From an uncultured Rhodoplanes sp. (GTDB lineage Bacteria > Pseudomonadota > Alphaproteobacteria > Rhizobiales > Xanthobacteraceae): a DNA stretch of 64,000 bases. The notes beneath the pieces are model-generated. The model was not told where the DNA came from. It worked only from the letters and a program-made list of their open reading frames with translations, and did not search any database. The stretch lies in the NCBI GenBank assembly GCA_936924235.1, contig CAKZHN010000179.1:15588-79587 (forward strand). Direction: 5' to 3'. Shown here one piece after another: positions 1 through 9,886 of the stretch (the stretch's first letter is position 1; every line of letters starts with the position of its first letter). Both the position numbers and the translations under genes were made by a program.

Positions 1-420
1 GTACTTGGCCGTCGGAAGCTTGCGGAATTCGATCGGCAGCAGCACGTTGTCGAGCACGGTGCGCCACGGCAGCAGCACCGGCGACTGGAACACGACAGCG
101 GCTTCAGGACTCGGACCGCGCAGTGGTTTGCCGTTCAGCTCGACGCTGCCGGACGTGTAGGGCAGGAGGCCGGCGAGCACCTTCAGCAGCGTGGACTTGC
201 CGCAGCCGCTCTGGCCGACGACCGAAACGAATTCACCGTCGCGAATATCGAAGTCGAGATTCTTGAGCGCGACCACTTCACCTGCGCCGGTCGCGTAGGT
301 CTTCGACAGGCCGCGCGCCGCAATCAGCGCCGGCTTTGCTTCGGCATCTATCTGCAACGGTACGGCTGCGAGCACGGGCTTCACGGCGTTCGACGCGTTG
401 GTCCTGAGACGAGCGTACAT
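1..420 (-). CDS. ABC transporter ATP-binding protein (NitT/TauT type); C-terminus lies beyond window start
   Basis: Reverse translation from the ATG at 418-420 gives MYARLRTNASNAVKPV...GEFVSVVGQSGCGKSTLLKVLAGL with a Walker A motif; cut off by the window edge. Confidence 0.8.
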   Translation of the reverse strand, partial: MYARLRTNASNAVKPVLAAVPLQIDAEAKPALIAARGLSKTYATGAGEVVALKNLDFDIRDGEFVSVVGQSGCGKSTLLKVLAGLLPYTSGSVELNGKPLRGPSPEAAVVFQSPVLLPWRTVLDNVLLPIEFRKLPTAKY

Positions 421-573
421 AAGCCCAAAAACGAAGCAAGACGTATGCCATGGCCGTGCAGTCGCGCGCGTCGCGCATGGCACGGCAGCTGGCCGGGCGT
501 GACAGACGCACGGCAAATCGCAGCGGCCCGCAATAGAGTTACGGCCGCAGCAGGGTTGCACAACACCGGAGCC

Positions 574-1548
574 ATGATGTCAGGCCGTATCCATGTCACC
601 GTCGCCTGCGACGAGTTCGATCACATCCGCGGCCTGCTCGACGGCAGCGTGAAAGTCGACGGCGTCGACCTGTCCTTCATCACCGAGCTGACAAACCCCG
701 AGCGGCACGGCCGCATGGTGCGTGAGCTCGCCTTCGATGTCTGCGAGCTCAACATGCCGACCTATCTGATCGCGCGCGAGCGCGGCGTGCCGATCACGGC
801 GATCCCGGTGTTCCTGTTCCGCAAGTTCCGGCACGGCAACGTGTTCGTGAATCCAAAAGCGGGCATCGCGTCGCCGAAGGATCTGATCGGCCAGCGCATC
901 GGCTGCGCGACCCTGCAGCCAGCCAGCAACGTCTGGATCAGCGGCATCATGCAGCAGTACCACGGCGTGCCGCATCGCTCGCAGACCTGGGTGGTCGAGC
1001 GGGAGGAAGATGCGCCGATCGTCCCGCCCGCCGATCTCAAGATCGAGCGCCTGCCGAAGGGCAAGAGCGTGCTCGCGATGCTGCTCGATGGCGAGGTGCC
1101 CGCGCTCATGCTGCCGCAGACGCCGAAGCCGTTGCTCGACGGTGATCCGCGCATTGCGCGTCTGTTTCCGGATTACGTCGCGCAGGAGCGCGCCTACTTC
1201 AAGGACACCGGCATCTTTCCGATCATGCACGTCACCGCGATCAAGCAGGAGCTGGTCGAACGCTATCCATGGCTGCCCGGGAAACTCTGCGAGGCGTTCG
1301 AGACTGCAAAGCAGATGGGCTATCGGCGGATGGAGAACGTTCGTGTCGTGACCTTGCCGTGGTTCGGTGCCCATTGGGAGGACGAGCGCGCGCTGTTCGG
1401 TCCGGACCCCTGGGCCTACGGTCTTGGCGGCAAGAACCGCGAGATCCTCGACACCGTGGTCCGCTACAGCCACGAGCAGGGCCTGATCGCGCAACGCGTG
1501 CCGGTCGAGAGCCTGTTCGTGGCGGAAAGCGCTGCCGGGAAGGCCTGA
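574..1548 (+). CDS. NMT1/THI5-like protein resembling 4,5-dihydroxyphthalate decarboxylase
   Basis: The ORF 445-1548 is trimmed to the ATG at 574, which has GGAG upstream. [26 protein letters not shown]...[34 protein letters not shown] matches NMT1-family decarboxylases and SBP-like proteins. Confidence 0.6.
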   Translation: MMSGRIHVTVACDEFDHIRGLLDGSVKVDGVDLSFITELTNPERHGRMVRELAFDVCELNMPTYLIARERGVPITAIPVFLFRKFRHGNVFVNPKAGIASPKDLIGQRIGCATLQPASNVWISGIMQQYHGVPHRSQTWVVEREEDAPIVPPADLKIERLPKGKSVLAMLLDGEVPALMLPQTPKPLLDGDPRIARLFPDYVAQERAYFKDTGIFPIMHVTAIKQELVERYPWLPGKLCEAFETAKQMGYRRMENVRVVTLPWFGAHWEDERALFGPDPWAYGLGGKNREILDTVVRYSHEQGLIAQRVPVESLFVAESAAGKA

Positions 1549-1552
1549 TCGA

Positions 1553-2350
1553 TCAATATGCGGCAGACGCCGGCACCAGCCGGAACGACATGATCTGCGG
1601 CGCGGTGCGGAAATACACCGATTGCAGCTCGGCGGTGTCGCGGAACTTGTTCTGCGTGAGCCGCCGGAAAATCAGATTGGTGACGAGCTCCGGCACATCG
1701 AACGGATAAGGATCGAGCGCGATGGTCCTGCCGTTGCGCGGCGTGAGCGTCATGCCGGCGCTCTTGCCCGAATAGGACAGCGGCACCGGCTCGATGCGGT
1801 CGTCCTTCAGCGTCTCGGTGCTGCAGATGTAAAGGGAGATCAGGTCCCAGACCTGCAGCAGGTTGTAGTTGGTCGCGAGCTCCTTGGCGTCGAAGCCGTC
1901 CGCGATGGGCTTTTGCTTCTCTTCGTTGCGCCCGATGAAGATCTTGATGTCGGGCGGCAGCGTGCCGCGCTGGATTGCAGGTGGCTGCGTGATCACGCCG
2001 TAGCGGCCTTGCCACAGCCCGGTGCGGTGCCTGGCGACCATCAGCCCCGCGTACGGATCGATGCTGCCGAGCCAGTCGCCGGCCCATTCGAAGGCCGCGA
2101 GCTGCGCCTTGTCGTTCGGCACCTCGCGATAGCTCGGCGTCTTGCCGGTCTCGGGATTGAGCTGTGGGCTGGTCTCGTAGTTGATCCAGCCGCGGTCGTG
2201 ATACATCGCCGCCCGCACCATCGACCCATAGGGGCGAGGCTTTTCGAACTTGTCGTTGCCCCAGTGGCTCGCAAACAGCCCGGAAAGCTGGGCGTGATCG
2301 TTCTGCGTGATCATGACGATCGAGCCGTCGGATTCGTAGCGGACGATCAT
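1553..2350 (-). CDS. Hypothetical protein (DUF3891-like)
   Basis: A 265-aa ORF with a coding-like composition and no recognisable catalytic motifs; its stop is 4 nt from the convergent upstream gene's stop. Confidence 0.55.
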   Translation of the reverse strand: MIVRYESDGSIVMITQNDHAQLSGLFASHWGNDKFEKPRPYGSMVRAAMYHDRGWINYETSPQLNPETGKTPSYREVPNDKAQLAAFEWAGDWLGSIDPYAGLMVARHRTGLWQGRYGVITQPPAIQRGTLPPDIKIFIGRNEEKQKPIADGFDAKELATNYNLLQVWDLISLYICSTETLKDDRIEPVPLSYSGKSAGMTLTPRNGRTIALDPYPFDVPELVTNLIFRRLTQNKFRDTAELQSVYFRTAPQIMSFRLVPASAAY

Positions 2351-2488
2351 GGGCGCCTGCTGGAGTTATTGAGGTTCTGGACCGGCATCGAAATCCATAA
2401 AGGACGCGATTTATGGCGGCAACGGCGTGCCATGCATATCCGGCAGGCTATCTTGAATATGACGACAGGGCCGCGCGAAGCCGCTAAA

Positions 2489-3748
2489 ATGGCCGCAACA
2501 ATCCCGTTCAAGCCGGAGTTCGCCATGTCGACCGCCGTTTCCACGAAATCCTCGCCCAAGCCCGCCCAGGTGCTGAAAGACGCCGATTTCAACTGGGAGG
2601 ACCCGCTTGGCCTCGAAGGCGACCTCACCGAAGAGGAGCGCATGGTGCGCGACAGCGCCCGCGCCTTCTCCCAGGACAAGCTGATGCCGCGGGTGCGGCT
2701 GTCCTGGCGCGACGAGAAGGTCGACAAGGATCTGCTGCCCGAGATGGGCGCGCTCGGCCTTCTTGGCCCGACCATCCCGGAGGAGTACGGCGGCGCCGGC
2801 CTCGGCTATGTGGCCTATGGCCTGATCGCCCGCGAGATCGAGCGGGTCGATTCCGGATATCGCTCGACCTTGTCGGTGCAGTCGTCGCTGGTGATGCACC
2901 CGATCTATGCCTACGGCACCGAGGCGCAGAAGAAGAAGTATCTGCCCAAGCTCGCCAAGGCCGAGCTGATCGGCTGCTTCGGCCTGACCGAGCCGGACTA
3001 CGGCTCCGATCCGGGCTCGATGGTGACGCGCGCCGAGAAGGTGCCGAACGGCTTCAAGCTCAATGGCGCCAAGATGTGGATCTCGAATGCGCCGATTGCC
3101 GACATCGCGATCGTCTGGGCAAAGCTCGAAGGCAAGATCCGCGGCTTCATCGTCGAGCGCGGCACCAAGGGCTTCTCGACGCCGAAGGTGGAAGGCAAGC
3201 TTTCGCTGCGCACCTCGGTCACCGGCGAGATCGTGCTGGAAGACGCCGTGGTGCCGGAGGAGAACCTGCTGCCGAACGTGTCGGGCCTCGCCGGTCCGTT
3301 CGGCTGCCTCAACATGGCGCGCTACGGCATCGCCTGGGGCGCGATGGGCGCCGCCGAGTTCTGCTGGCACGCGGCACGGCAATACGTGCTCGACCGCAAG
3401 CAGTTCAACCGGCCGCTCGCCGCCAACCAGCTGGTGCAGAAGAAGCTCGCCGACATGCAGACCGAGATCGCGCTCGGCCTGCGCGGTGCGCTCGCGCTCG
3501 GCCGCATGCTCGAAGCCGGCAAGTGCGCGCCGCCGTCGATCTCGCTGATGAAACGCAACAACACCGGCAAGGCGCTCGACATCGCCCGTGTTGCTCGCGA
3601 CATGCACGGCGGCAACGGCATCTCCGATGAGTTCCACGTGATGCGCGTGATGTGCAACCTCGAGACCGTGAACACCTACGAGGGCACCCACGACATCCAC
3701 GCGCTGATCCTCGGCCGTGCCCAGACGGGAATCCAGGCGTTCATGTGA
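2489..3748 (+). CDS. gcdH: Glutaryl-CoA dehydrogenase
   Basis: Acyl-CoA dehydrogenase fold with the GcdH signature ([38 protein letters not shown]). The 708-aa ORF is an N-terminal artefact; the start is taken at the in-frame ATG at 2489. Confidence 0.85.
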   Translation: MAATIPFKPEFAMSTAVSTKSSPKPAQVLKDADFNWEDPLGLEGDLTEEERMVRDSARAFSQDKLMPRVRLSWRDEKVDKDLLPEMGALGLLGPTIPEEYGGAGLGYVAYGLIAREIERVDSGYRSTLSVQSSLVMHPIYAYGTEAQKKKYLPKLAKAELIGCFGLTEPDYGSDPGSMVTRAEKVPNGFKLNGAKMWISNAPIADIAIVWAKLEGKIRGFIVERGTKGFSTPKVEGKLSLRTSVTGEIVLEDAVVPEENLLPNVSGLAGPFGCLNMARYGIAWGAMGAAEFCWHAARQYVLDRKQFNRPLAANQLVQKKLADMQTEIALGLRGALALGRMLEAGKCAPPSISLMKRNNTGKALDIARVARDMHGGNGISDEFHVMRVMCNLETVNTYEGTHDIHALILGRAQTGIQAFM

Positions 3749-3758
3749 TCGATCGCGC

Positions 3759-4532
3759 GTGGACGTTCATACGTTTCTTGTTCTGCTCGGCACGGGAGTT
3801 GCGGGCGGCGTGATGGCCGCCCTGGTCGGCGGCGCCTCGGTCATCACGTTTCCGGTGCTGCTCGCGGTGGGCCTGCCGCCGGTCACCGCCACCGCGTCGA
3901 ATCTCATCGCGGTCAGCGGCGGCAATTTTCTCGCCGCGATGACCGACCGCGGCAACCTGCCGCCGTTCAACCGCGCCTTTGTCGGCCTGATCGTCGCCTC
4001 CATCTTCGGCGCCCTGATCGGCGCGGTGCTGCTGCTGGCGACGCCGTCGCGAATGTTCGAGCAGCTCATCCCGGTCCTGCTCGGTCTCGCCACCATCCTG
4101 TTCGGCTTCGCGCGCCAGATCACCCAGTGGATGCGGGCGCGTGCGAAGGCGCGCGGCCAGGATGACTGGAAGATCAGTGTCACCAGCGTGCCGCTCGTGC
4201 TGCCGATCTCGATCTATGGCGGCTATTTCGGCGCAGGCGCCGGCACGTTGCTCCTTGGCGTGCTGACGATAGCGACCGAAGGCAATTACCGCCGCGCCAA
4301 CGTCGCCAAGAACCTGGTGTCGAGCCTCAACACGGTCGCGGCGTCGGTCTGGTTCATCATCCACGGCGCGGTGAGCTGGCCGCAGACCTTGTCGATGATG
4401 CTCGGCTGCCTGGTCGGCGGCTTTTGCGGCGCACACCTGTCGCGCCGCCTGCCGCATGAGTTCATGCGATTCGTGGTGATCGGCGTCGGCGCGCTGCTGA
4501 CCGTGGTCTTCGCCTGGAAATACTGGTTCTAG
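3759..4532 (+). CDS. TauE/SafE family sulfite/anion exporter (DUF81 membrane protein)
   Basis: A multi-TM protein with Gly-rich first helices (FLVLLGTGVAGGVMAALVGGASVITFPVLL, then YGGYFGAGAGTLLL). The GTG start at 3759 precedes TM1. Confidence 0.65.
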   Translation: MDVHTFLVLLGTGVAGGVMAALVGGASVITFPVLLAVGLPPVTATASNLIAVSGGNFLAAMTDRGNLPPFNRAFVGLIVASIFGALIGAVLLLATPSRMFEQLIPVLLGLATILFGFARQITQWMRARAKARGQDDWKISVTSVPLVLPISIYGGYFGAGAGTLLLGVLTIATEGNYRRANVAKNLVSSLNTVAASVWFIIHGAVSWPQTLSMMLGCLVGGFCGAHLSRRLPHEFMRFVVIGVGALLTVVFAWKYWF

Positions 4533-5368
4533 ATGCGCTTGGCCAACTCCACCAGCCGCTTGGTCATGGCGCTGTTCGGGTCGGCCATGGGATCGCAGAT
4601 GGTGAAATGATTGAGGCCCGGGATCGCTTCGTAGCGGGTCTCGACGCCCTTGGCGCGCCACGCGTCGGCAATCGTCTTGCTGTGCCGCAGGAACTCCGAC
4701 GACTCGTCGCCGCCGACCACGGCGTCGAGCACGTGGCCCGTTCCGACCGGCCAGAACAGCGGCGAGATGCGCCTGGCCTCCGCGGCGTCGAGCTTGAACT
4801 CGGCGTTGCCGGAGAGATGCATCAGCACTTCGAGGTCGTAGAGCCCGGAGATCGCGTAGCCGACCGTGATCAGGTCGGCCGGCGCACTCGCATCGAGTTT
4901 CTTCCAATCGGTCGCCATCATGCAGGCCGCGAGATGTCCGCCGGCCGAATGGCCGCTGACCATGATGCGCTGGCCGAGCTTCTTCCAGAGGGCGAGGCAC
5001 GCCGCCTGGGTCTGCTCGATGATTTGGCCGATGCTGACCTGCGGCACGAGATCGTAGCCCGACACCGCGACGGTGACGCCGTGGGCGTTCATGCCGCGCG
5101 CTACCTGGCTGAAGCTCGACGGTTCCAGCGAGCGCCAATAGCCGCCATGGATGAACAGAACCAGCGGGCCTTTGCCGCCGCCGCGCGGCTTGAAGATGTC
5201 GATGGTCTGGCGCGGGGAGGGGCCGTATTTCAGGCCGATCTCGGTGCGGCCCTCTTTCGTGGCTTCGTCCCGATAGGCGGCGCCTTCGCGCACCCAGCGC
5301 TCGAAAATCTGCGGATGCTCGGGCACCCGCGCGCGGTTGTTGTACTCAACCTCGTAGTCGATCGCCAT
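4529..5368 (-). CDS. Alpha/beta hydrolase (esterase / arylformamidase-like)
   Basis: HGGYW oxyanion motif and a GHSAGG nucleophile elbow; start taken at MAIDYEVEY. Confidence 0.7.
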   Translation of the reverse strand: MAIDYEVEYNNRARVPEHPQIFERWVREGAAYRDEATKEGRTEIGLKYGPSPRQTIDIFKPRGGGKGPLVLFIHGGYWRSLEPSSFSQVARGMNAHGVTVAVSGYDLVPQVSIGQIIEQTQAACLALWKKLGQRIMVSGHSAGGHLAACMMATDWKKLDASAPADLITVGYAISGLYDLEVLMHLSGNAEFKLDAAEARRISPLFWPVGTGHVLDAVVGGDESSEFLRHSKTIADAWRAKGVETRYEAIPGLNHFTICDPMADPNSAMTKRLVELAKRI

Positions 5369-5412
5369 GAAACGCTCCCGCCGACAGTAATCGCGGCAGG
5401 AGATTGCGGCAT

Positions 5413-5546
5413 TCGTGTCCCGGGCGCAACGCAGCACAAGCGCAGCGCAGTGATGCGTTGCAGACCCGGGACCGTCTCGAAGGCGGTGTCTGGAACGGCC
5501 CCGGATCTGCGGCGCACCGCTATCGCGCTGCGCCGCGCCCGGGACA
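5413..5546. repeat. REP-like palindromic element, family A (gtgtcccggg...cccgggac)
   Basis: Nested inverted repeats gtgtcccgggcgc...gcagacccgggacc; a close copy sits at 44135-44275. Confidence 0.55.
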
Positions 5547-5554
5547 TGGAGCCG

Positions 5555-6694
5555 CTACCGCTTGATCTGCACTTTGAGCGTCTCGGCGACCGCGCGGTCG
5601 AACGAGTCGGCGGGCTTGGCCGGTGCGTTCTTGCGCTGATCCGCCACGTAGGCGTCGCGCTTCTTGACCAGCTCGGCCATGCGGTCGTTGAGGGTCTTGC
5701 GCTCGGCGGCGTTCTTGTCGATCGCGGCCTGGCGCTGCTCGGGCTTCAGCGTGCGCAGGTTGTCCGGCAGGTCGTCGTCCTTGACGCTGTCGAGCTTCTG
5801 GCGGCCCGACGTGACGTCGGCGACGAGATCGCCGCGGCCGGTCACGGCCTCGTTCATGCGCGAGCCGCTCTTGTTGAGATAGCCCGCCATTTCGGATGCG
5901 ACCGCGCGCGGCGCCGACGCGTACTGGCCGACCTTCTGCTCGACGCTGGAGCGTTGCGCGCGCGGACCGTACGGGATCACGGTGCCGTTGATGTGGCCCT
6001 GCAACTCGATGATCTCGGTGTCCCACGGCGTCTCGATCACCAGGATCTGGCCACCGTCCTGCGGGATCGGGATGTAGCGGCCGTCGCCGCGCTGGGCGAT
6101 CTCGCGCCACACCCGCTCGGTGTCGCGCGCGCCGCCGGCCTGCACGGCGTTGACCACGATGCCGCGATCACGCGCCATGCGGACCACGTCGGGGTACTTG
6201 GTGTCCTGCTTGTAGTCCATGTGCGGCGGCGCGTCGCCGACCAGGAACATGATGCGGCAGATCTCGGAGCCTTGCGTCCAGCTGAGCTTCGTGACGCCGA
6301 TCTCCATCGCCTCGTTGACGCTTTCCGGCCAGTCGCCGCCGCCTTGCGCCTGAAGCAGCAGCAGCTTGGCATAGAGATCCTGGATATCGGTGGTGAGGTC
6401 GAACGTCTTGGTGACGTACTCGTCGCCGATGTCGCGATAGGCGACGAGGCCCATGCGGATTTCGGCGTCGGGGTTGGTGTCGGCGATCGCGGTGGCGATC
6501 GACCAGATCTTGCGCTTGGCGCCTTCGATCAACGGTCCCATCGAGCCGGTGGTGTCGAGCACGAAGGCGACCTCGACCACGGGCTTGCCGAGGCGCCTGA
6601 TATCCGGCTCCGCCGGATCGGCGAAGGCGGCAGTGAAGGTGAGAGCGGCAGCGACCGACGCGGGCGCAAGCGCCCGGGCAATAGTGGACAACAT
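5555..6694 (-). CDS. Secreted von Willebrand factor A (vWA) domain protein
   Basis: Signal peptide, a MIDAS-like DTTGSM motif, and a basic coiled C-terminus. Confidence 0.75.
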   Translation of the reverse strand: MLSTIARALAPASVAAALTFTAAFADPAEPDIRRLGKPVVEVAFVLDTTGSMGPLIEGAKRKIWSIATAIADTNPDAEIRMGLVAYRDIGDEYVTKTFDLTTDIQDLYAKLLLLQAQGGGDWPESVNEAMEIGVTKLSWTQGSEICRIMFLVGDAPPHMDYKQDTKYPDVVRMARDRGIVVNAVQAGGARDTERVWREIAQRGDGRYIPIPQDGGQILVIETPWDTEIIELQGHINGTVIPYGPRAQRSSVEQKVGQYASAPRAVASEMAGYLNKSGSRMNEAVTGRGDLVADVTSGRQKLDSVKDDDLPDNLRTLKPEQRQAAIDKNAAERKTLNDRMAELVKKRDAYVADQRKNAPAKPADSFDRAVAETLKVQIKR

Positions 6695-6897
6695 GGATGT
6701 TTCCCTCCGGATAGCCTTCCGACGCCGGAAAGGATTCCTGCCCTTCGCGACGCGCCGTGGTCCGGATTGCGGCCGGGCATCGGCGGAATGTGGGCGGATT
6801 GCGACCCGGGGATGAACGGCCGGACAGGCGCTGCGGAATTGCTGGGCCGATGTTGTTCCGATTGCGGCGCGGCGGGCAAAGTGGCACTGAGTCCGGC

Positions 6898-7998
6898 ATG
6901 AAGGTCAACGGCACACACACCCGCACCATCTGGCTCGAAGCCGACGGCTGGTCGGTCGGCATCATCGACCAGACCATGCTGCCGCATCGGTACACGACGC
7001 TTCGGCTGACCACGCTCGCCGAGGCCGCGCACGCCATCAAGTCGATGCAGGTGCGCGGCGCCCCATTAATCGGTGCCGCGGCCGCTTACGGCATGTGCCT
7101 CGCGCTGCGCGCCGACGCCTCCGACGAGCACATCGAGAAGGCTTACGCGGTGCTGCATGCGACGCGGCCGACCGCGATCAATCTGAAATGGGCGCTCGAT
7201 GAGATGGTGGCCGCGGTGCGCAACCAGCCGCGCGAGGCTCGCGTCGCTGCTGCCTACCGCCGCGCTGCCGAGATCGCCGACGAGGACGTGGCAATCTGCC
7301 AGGCCATGGGCCGCCACGGTCTGAAGCTGATCGAGGAGATCGCCGCGCGCAAAAAAGGCGAGCCGGTCAACGTGCTGACCCATTGCAACGCCGGCTGGCT
7401 CGCGACCGTGGACTATGGCACCGCGACTGCGCCGATCTATGCGGCCCACGACAGCGGCATCCCGATCCATGTCTGGGTCGACGAGACGCGGCCGCGCAAC
7501 CAGGGCGCTTCGCTCACCGCGTGGGAGCTCGGCCATCACGGCGTCAAGCACACCGTGATCGCCGACAACACCGGCGGCCATCTGATGCAGCACGGCATGG
7601 TCGATCTGGCGATCGTCGGCACCGACCGCGTTACCGCGCAGGGCGACGTCTGCAACAAGATCGGCACGTATCTCAAAGCGCTGGCCGCCAAAGACAACGG
7701 CGTACCGTTCTATGTGGCGCTGCCATCGCCGACCATCGACTTCGCGGTGTCCGACGGCGTCGCCGAGATTCCGATCGAGCAGCGCGCGGGCGAAGAGCAG
7801 TCCACCATGACCGGCCGCACCGCCGACGGCCGGATCGAGACCGTGCAGGTGGTGCCGGACGGCTCGCCGGTCGCGAACTATGCGTTCGACGTGACGCCGG
7901 CGCGGCTGGTGACCGGATTGATCACGGAGCGCGGCGTGCTGAGGGCATCGCGCGAGGGCTTGCGGGCGGCGTTTCCGGAGCGTGCGGGAGAGAAGTGA
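6898..7998 (+). CDS. mtnA: S-methyl-5-thioribose-1-phosphate isomerase
   Basis: [13 protein letters not shown]...IIDQTMLPH...[14 protein letters not shown] matches the MtnA/eIF2B-like family; start taken at the internal ATG at 6898. Confidence 0.85.
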   Translation: MKVNGTHTRTIWLEADGWSVGIIDQTMLPHRYTTLRLTTLAEAAHAIKSMQVRGAPLIGAAAAYGMCLALRADASDEHIEKAYAVLHATRPTAINLKWALDEMVAAVRNQPREARVAAAYRRAAEIADEDVAICQAMGRHGLKLIEEIAARKKGEPVNVLTHCNAGWLATVDYGTATAPIYAAHDSGIPIHVWVDETRPRNQGASLTAWELGHHGVKHTVIADNTGGHLMQHGMVDLAIVGTDRVTAQGDVCNKIGTYLKALAAKDNGVPFYVALPSPTIDFAVSDGVAEIPIEQRAGEEQSTMTGRTADGRIETVQVVPDGSPVANYAFDVTPARLVTGLITERGVLRASREGLRAAFPERAGEK

Positions 7999-9233
7999 TG
8001 CGGTTCGGCACAGTTGCGGCGCTGGTGTTCGCGAGCTGGGTCCTGGCGGCGCCCGCGCTTGCGGACGAGCAGGTCAAGCCGATCCTCGACAGCGCCGAGA
8101 AGCTCAAGCCCGACGCGATCAAGGTCTGGGAGCGCCTGATCAGCGTCGACTCCGGCACCGGCGATGCCGAAGGCGTCAATGCGGTCGGCGCCGTCGCGGT
8201 CGAGGAGCTGACCAGGCTCGGCGCTTCGATCGAGCTGGTGCCGAACACACCTGCGGCAGGCGGCGATAACATCGTCGCGAGCCTTACGGGCACGGGCCAG
8301 GGCAAGGTGCTGCTGATGGCGCACATGGACACGGTGTTCGCCAAGGGTGCCGTGGCGCAGCGGCCGTTCCGCATCGAAGGCGGCCGCGCCTATGGGCCGG
8401 GGGTGTCGGACGACAAGGCCGGGATCGTCATCGGGCTCACCACGCTGAAGATCCTCAACGAGCTGAAGTTCAAGGACTACGCGCGGATCACGCTGTTTCT
8501 CAACACCAACGAGGAAACCGGTTCGCGCGGCTCGCGCGCGCTGATCGAGAAGCTGGCGAAAGAGCACGACGTCACGCTCAATCTCGAAGGCGGCCGCACC
8601 GGTGACGGCATCACGGTTTGGCGCAAGGGCTCCGGCACCATCAGGGTCGAGGTGAAGGGCCGGTCGTCGCACGCGGGCGGATCGCCGGAGCTCGGCCGCA
8701 ATGCGGTGATGGAGCTGATGCATCAGGTGCTGCAGCTCAGCAGGCTTGGCGACGAGACCAAGGGCACCACGGTCAACTTCACGGTGGTGAAGGGCGGCGA
8801 CCGTAAGAACGTCATTCCGGACTTCGCCACGGCCGACGCCGACGTGCGCGCCGTGGTGTCGGAGGAATTTGACCGCGTCGAACGCGACGTCGCCGCCACC
8901 ATCAAGAACAAGCTCATTCCCGACACCGAGGTGACGGCGACGCTGACGCGGACCTTTCCGGTGATGCCGCAGAACGCACAGATCGACGCGCTCGCCGTCA
9001 TGGCGCAGCGCATCTATGGCGAGCTTGGCAAAAGGCTGACGCTGGGGGGCTCCGGCGGCGCCGCCGATTCGAGCCTCGCCGCCGGCGTGTTCAAGCCGAC
9101 GCTCGACGGCCTGAGCATGATCGGCTCCGGCGCCCACACCGAACGCGAGTATGCCGAGGTCGACAGCATGGTGCCGCGGCTCTATCTGTTGACCCGGATG
9201 GTGATGGAGCTTGGCCGCAAGCCAAGAAATTGA
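7998..9233 (+). CDS. Glutamate carboxypeptidase, M20 family (carboxypeptidase G2-like), secreted
   Basis: Signal peptide; SVDSGTGDAEGV, LLMAHMDTVF and GPGVSDDKAG match CPG2 almost motif for motif. The start ATG overlaps the mtnA stop (GTGATG). Confidence 0.8.
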   Translation: MRFGTVAALVFASWVLAAPALADEQVKPILDSAEKLKPDAIKVWERLISVDSGTGDAEGVNAVGAVAVEELTRLGASIELVPNTPAAGGDNIVASLTGTGQGKVLLMAHMDTVFAKGAVAQRPFRIEGGRAYGPGVSDDKAGIVIGLTTLKILNELKFKDYARITLFLNTNEETGSRGSRALIEKLAKEHDVTLNLEGGRTGDGITVWRKGSGTIRVEVKGRSSHAGGSPELGRNAVMELMHQVLQLSRLGDETKGTTVNFTVVKGGDRKNVIPDFATADADVRAVVSEEFDRVERDVAATIKNKLIPDTEVTATLTRTFPVMPQNAQIDALAVMAQRIYGELGKRLTLGGSGGAADSSLAAGVFKPTLDGLSMIGSGAHTEREYAEVDSMVPRLYLLTRMVMELGRKPRN

Positions 9234-9237
9234 AGCC

Positions 9238-9726
9238 ATGAGTCTGCCGCTCGGGAAATTCGCCGAGGTTCCGGTCGACGGCCGGCAGTCGCAGACCGCG
9301 CTGAAGATCGCGCGCGGCGCCGCGCGGCTGCTGCACGCCCACGGCTATTGCGTGGTCAGCGAGCTGCCGCTTGCTTCGGGCCGGCGGGCGGATCTCGTGG
9401 CGCTCGGCCGCGACGGCGAAATCTGGATCGTCGAGATCAAGTCCTCGGTCGCGGACTTCCGCGCCGACCAGAAATGGATGGACTACCGGCTGCATTGCGA
9501 CCGGCTGTTCTTCGCCACCACGGTCGAGGTGCCGTGCGAAATCTTTCCGCCGGACACCGGGCTGATCGTGGCCGACGCGTTCGGCGCCCAGATCGTCTGC
9601 GAGGCGCCCGAGCACCGGCTGCATGCGGCGACTAGAAAGAGCATGACGCTCAGCATCGCGCGGGCCGCGGCGCTCCGTTTGCAGTCATTGGCCGACCCGG
9701 CGGGGCCGTATCAGGGCGAATTCTGA
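9238..9726 (+). CDS. MmcB-family (PD-(D/E)XK-like) DNA repair protein
   Basis: A ~160-aa protein with a [27 protein letters not shown] nuclease-like core. Confidence 0.55.
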   Translation: MSLPLGKFAEVPVDGRQSQTALKIARGAARLLHAHGYCVVSELPLASGRRADLVALGRDGEIWIVEIKSSVADFRADQKWMDYRLHCDRLFFATTVEVPCEIFPPDTGLIVADAFGAQIVCEAPEHRLHAATRKSMTLSIARAAALRLQSLADPAGPYQGEF

Positions 9727-9886
9727 CTGGTGCAATGGCCGAGTCTCGCGGCTCCCGGTCTGCAAAATCGCAACGACGTTTTCGGAACCGATGTGGTTAA
9801 CGGTTCGATTACCGGAATCTGAAAGATTTGCGCCCGTCCAAGCTGCATTTTCAGCCCCGTACGCGGGAAACGGACGCGAGCGATCC

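Noticed and set aside
1622-2488. N-terminal 289-aa extension of the gcdH ORF (1622-3748)
   Set aside because: The extension overlaps the convergent DUF3891 gene, has a non-coding-like composition, and GcdH homology begins at the internal ATG at 2489
3741-5138. Long antisense ORFs throughout the track (e.g. 3741-5138, 4607-6901, 7878-9239, 10613-11695, 12152-13087, 16106-17191, 20369-21745, 21817-23847, 25437-27245, 47743-49275, 58995-61310)
   Set aside because: They lie opposite strongly supported genes, their products are Arg/Ala/Gly/Pro-rich low-complexity sequence with no motifs, and this is the expected artefact of ~65% GC with codon third-position bias
9726-9886. Possible small RNA or tRNA in intergenic regions (9727-9886, 23776-24017, 38600-38768, 61333-61477)
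   Set aside because: No cloverleaf-compatible stems or conserved tRNA boxes were seen; these look like ordinary promoter or 5'UTR regions with imperfect hairpins
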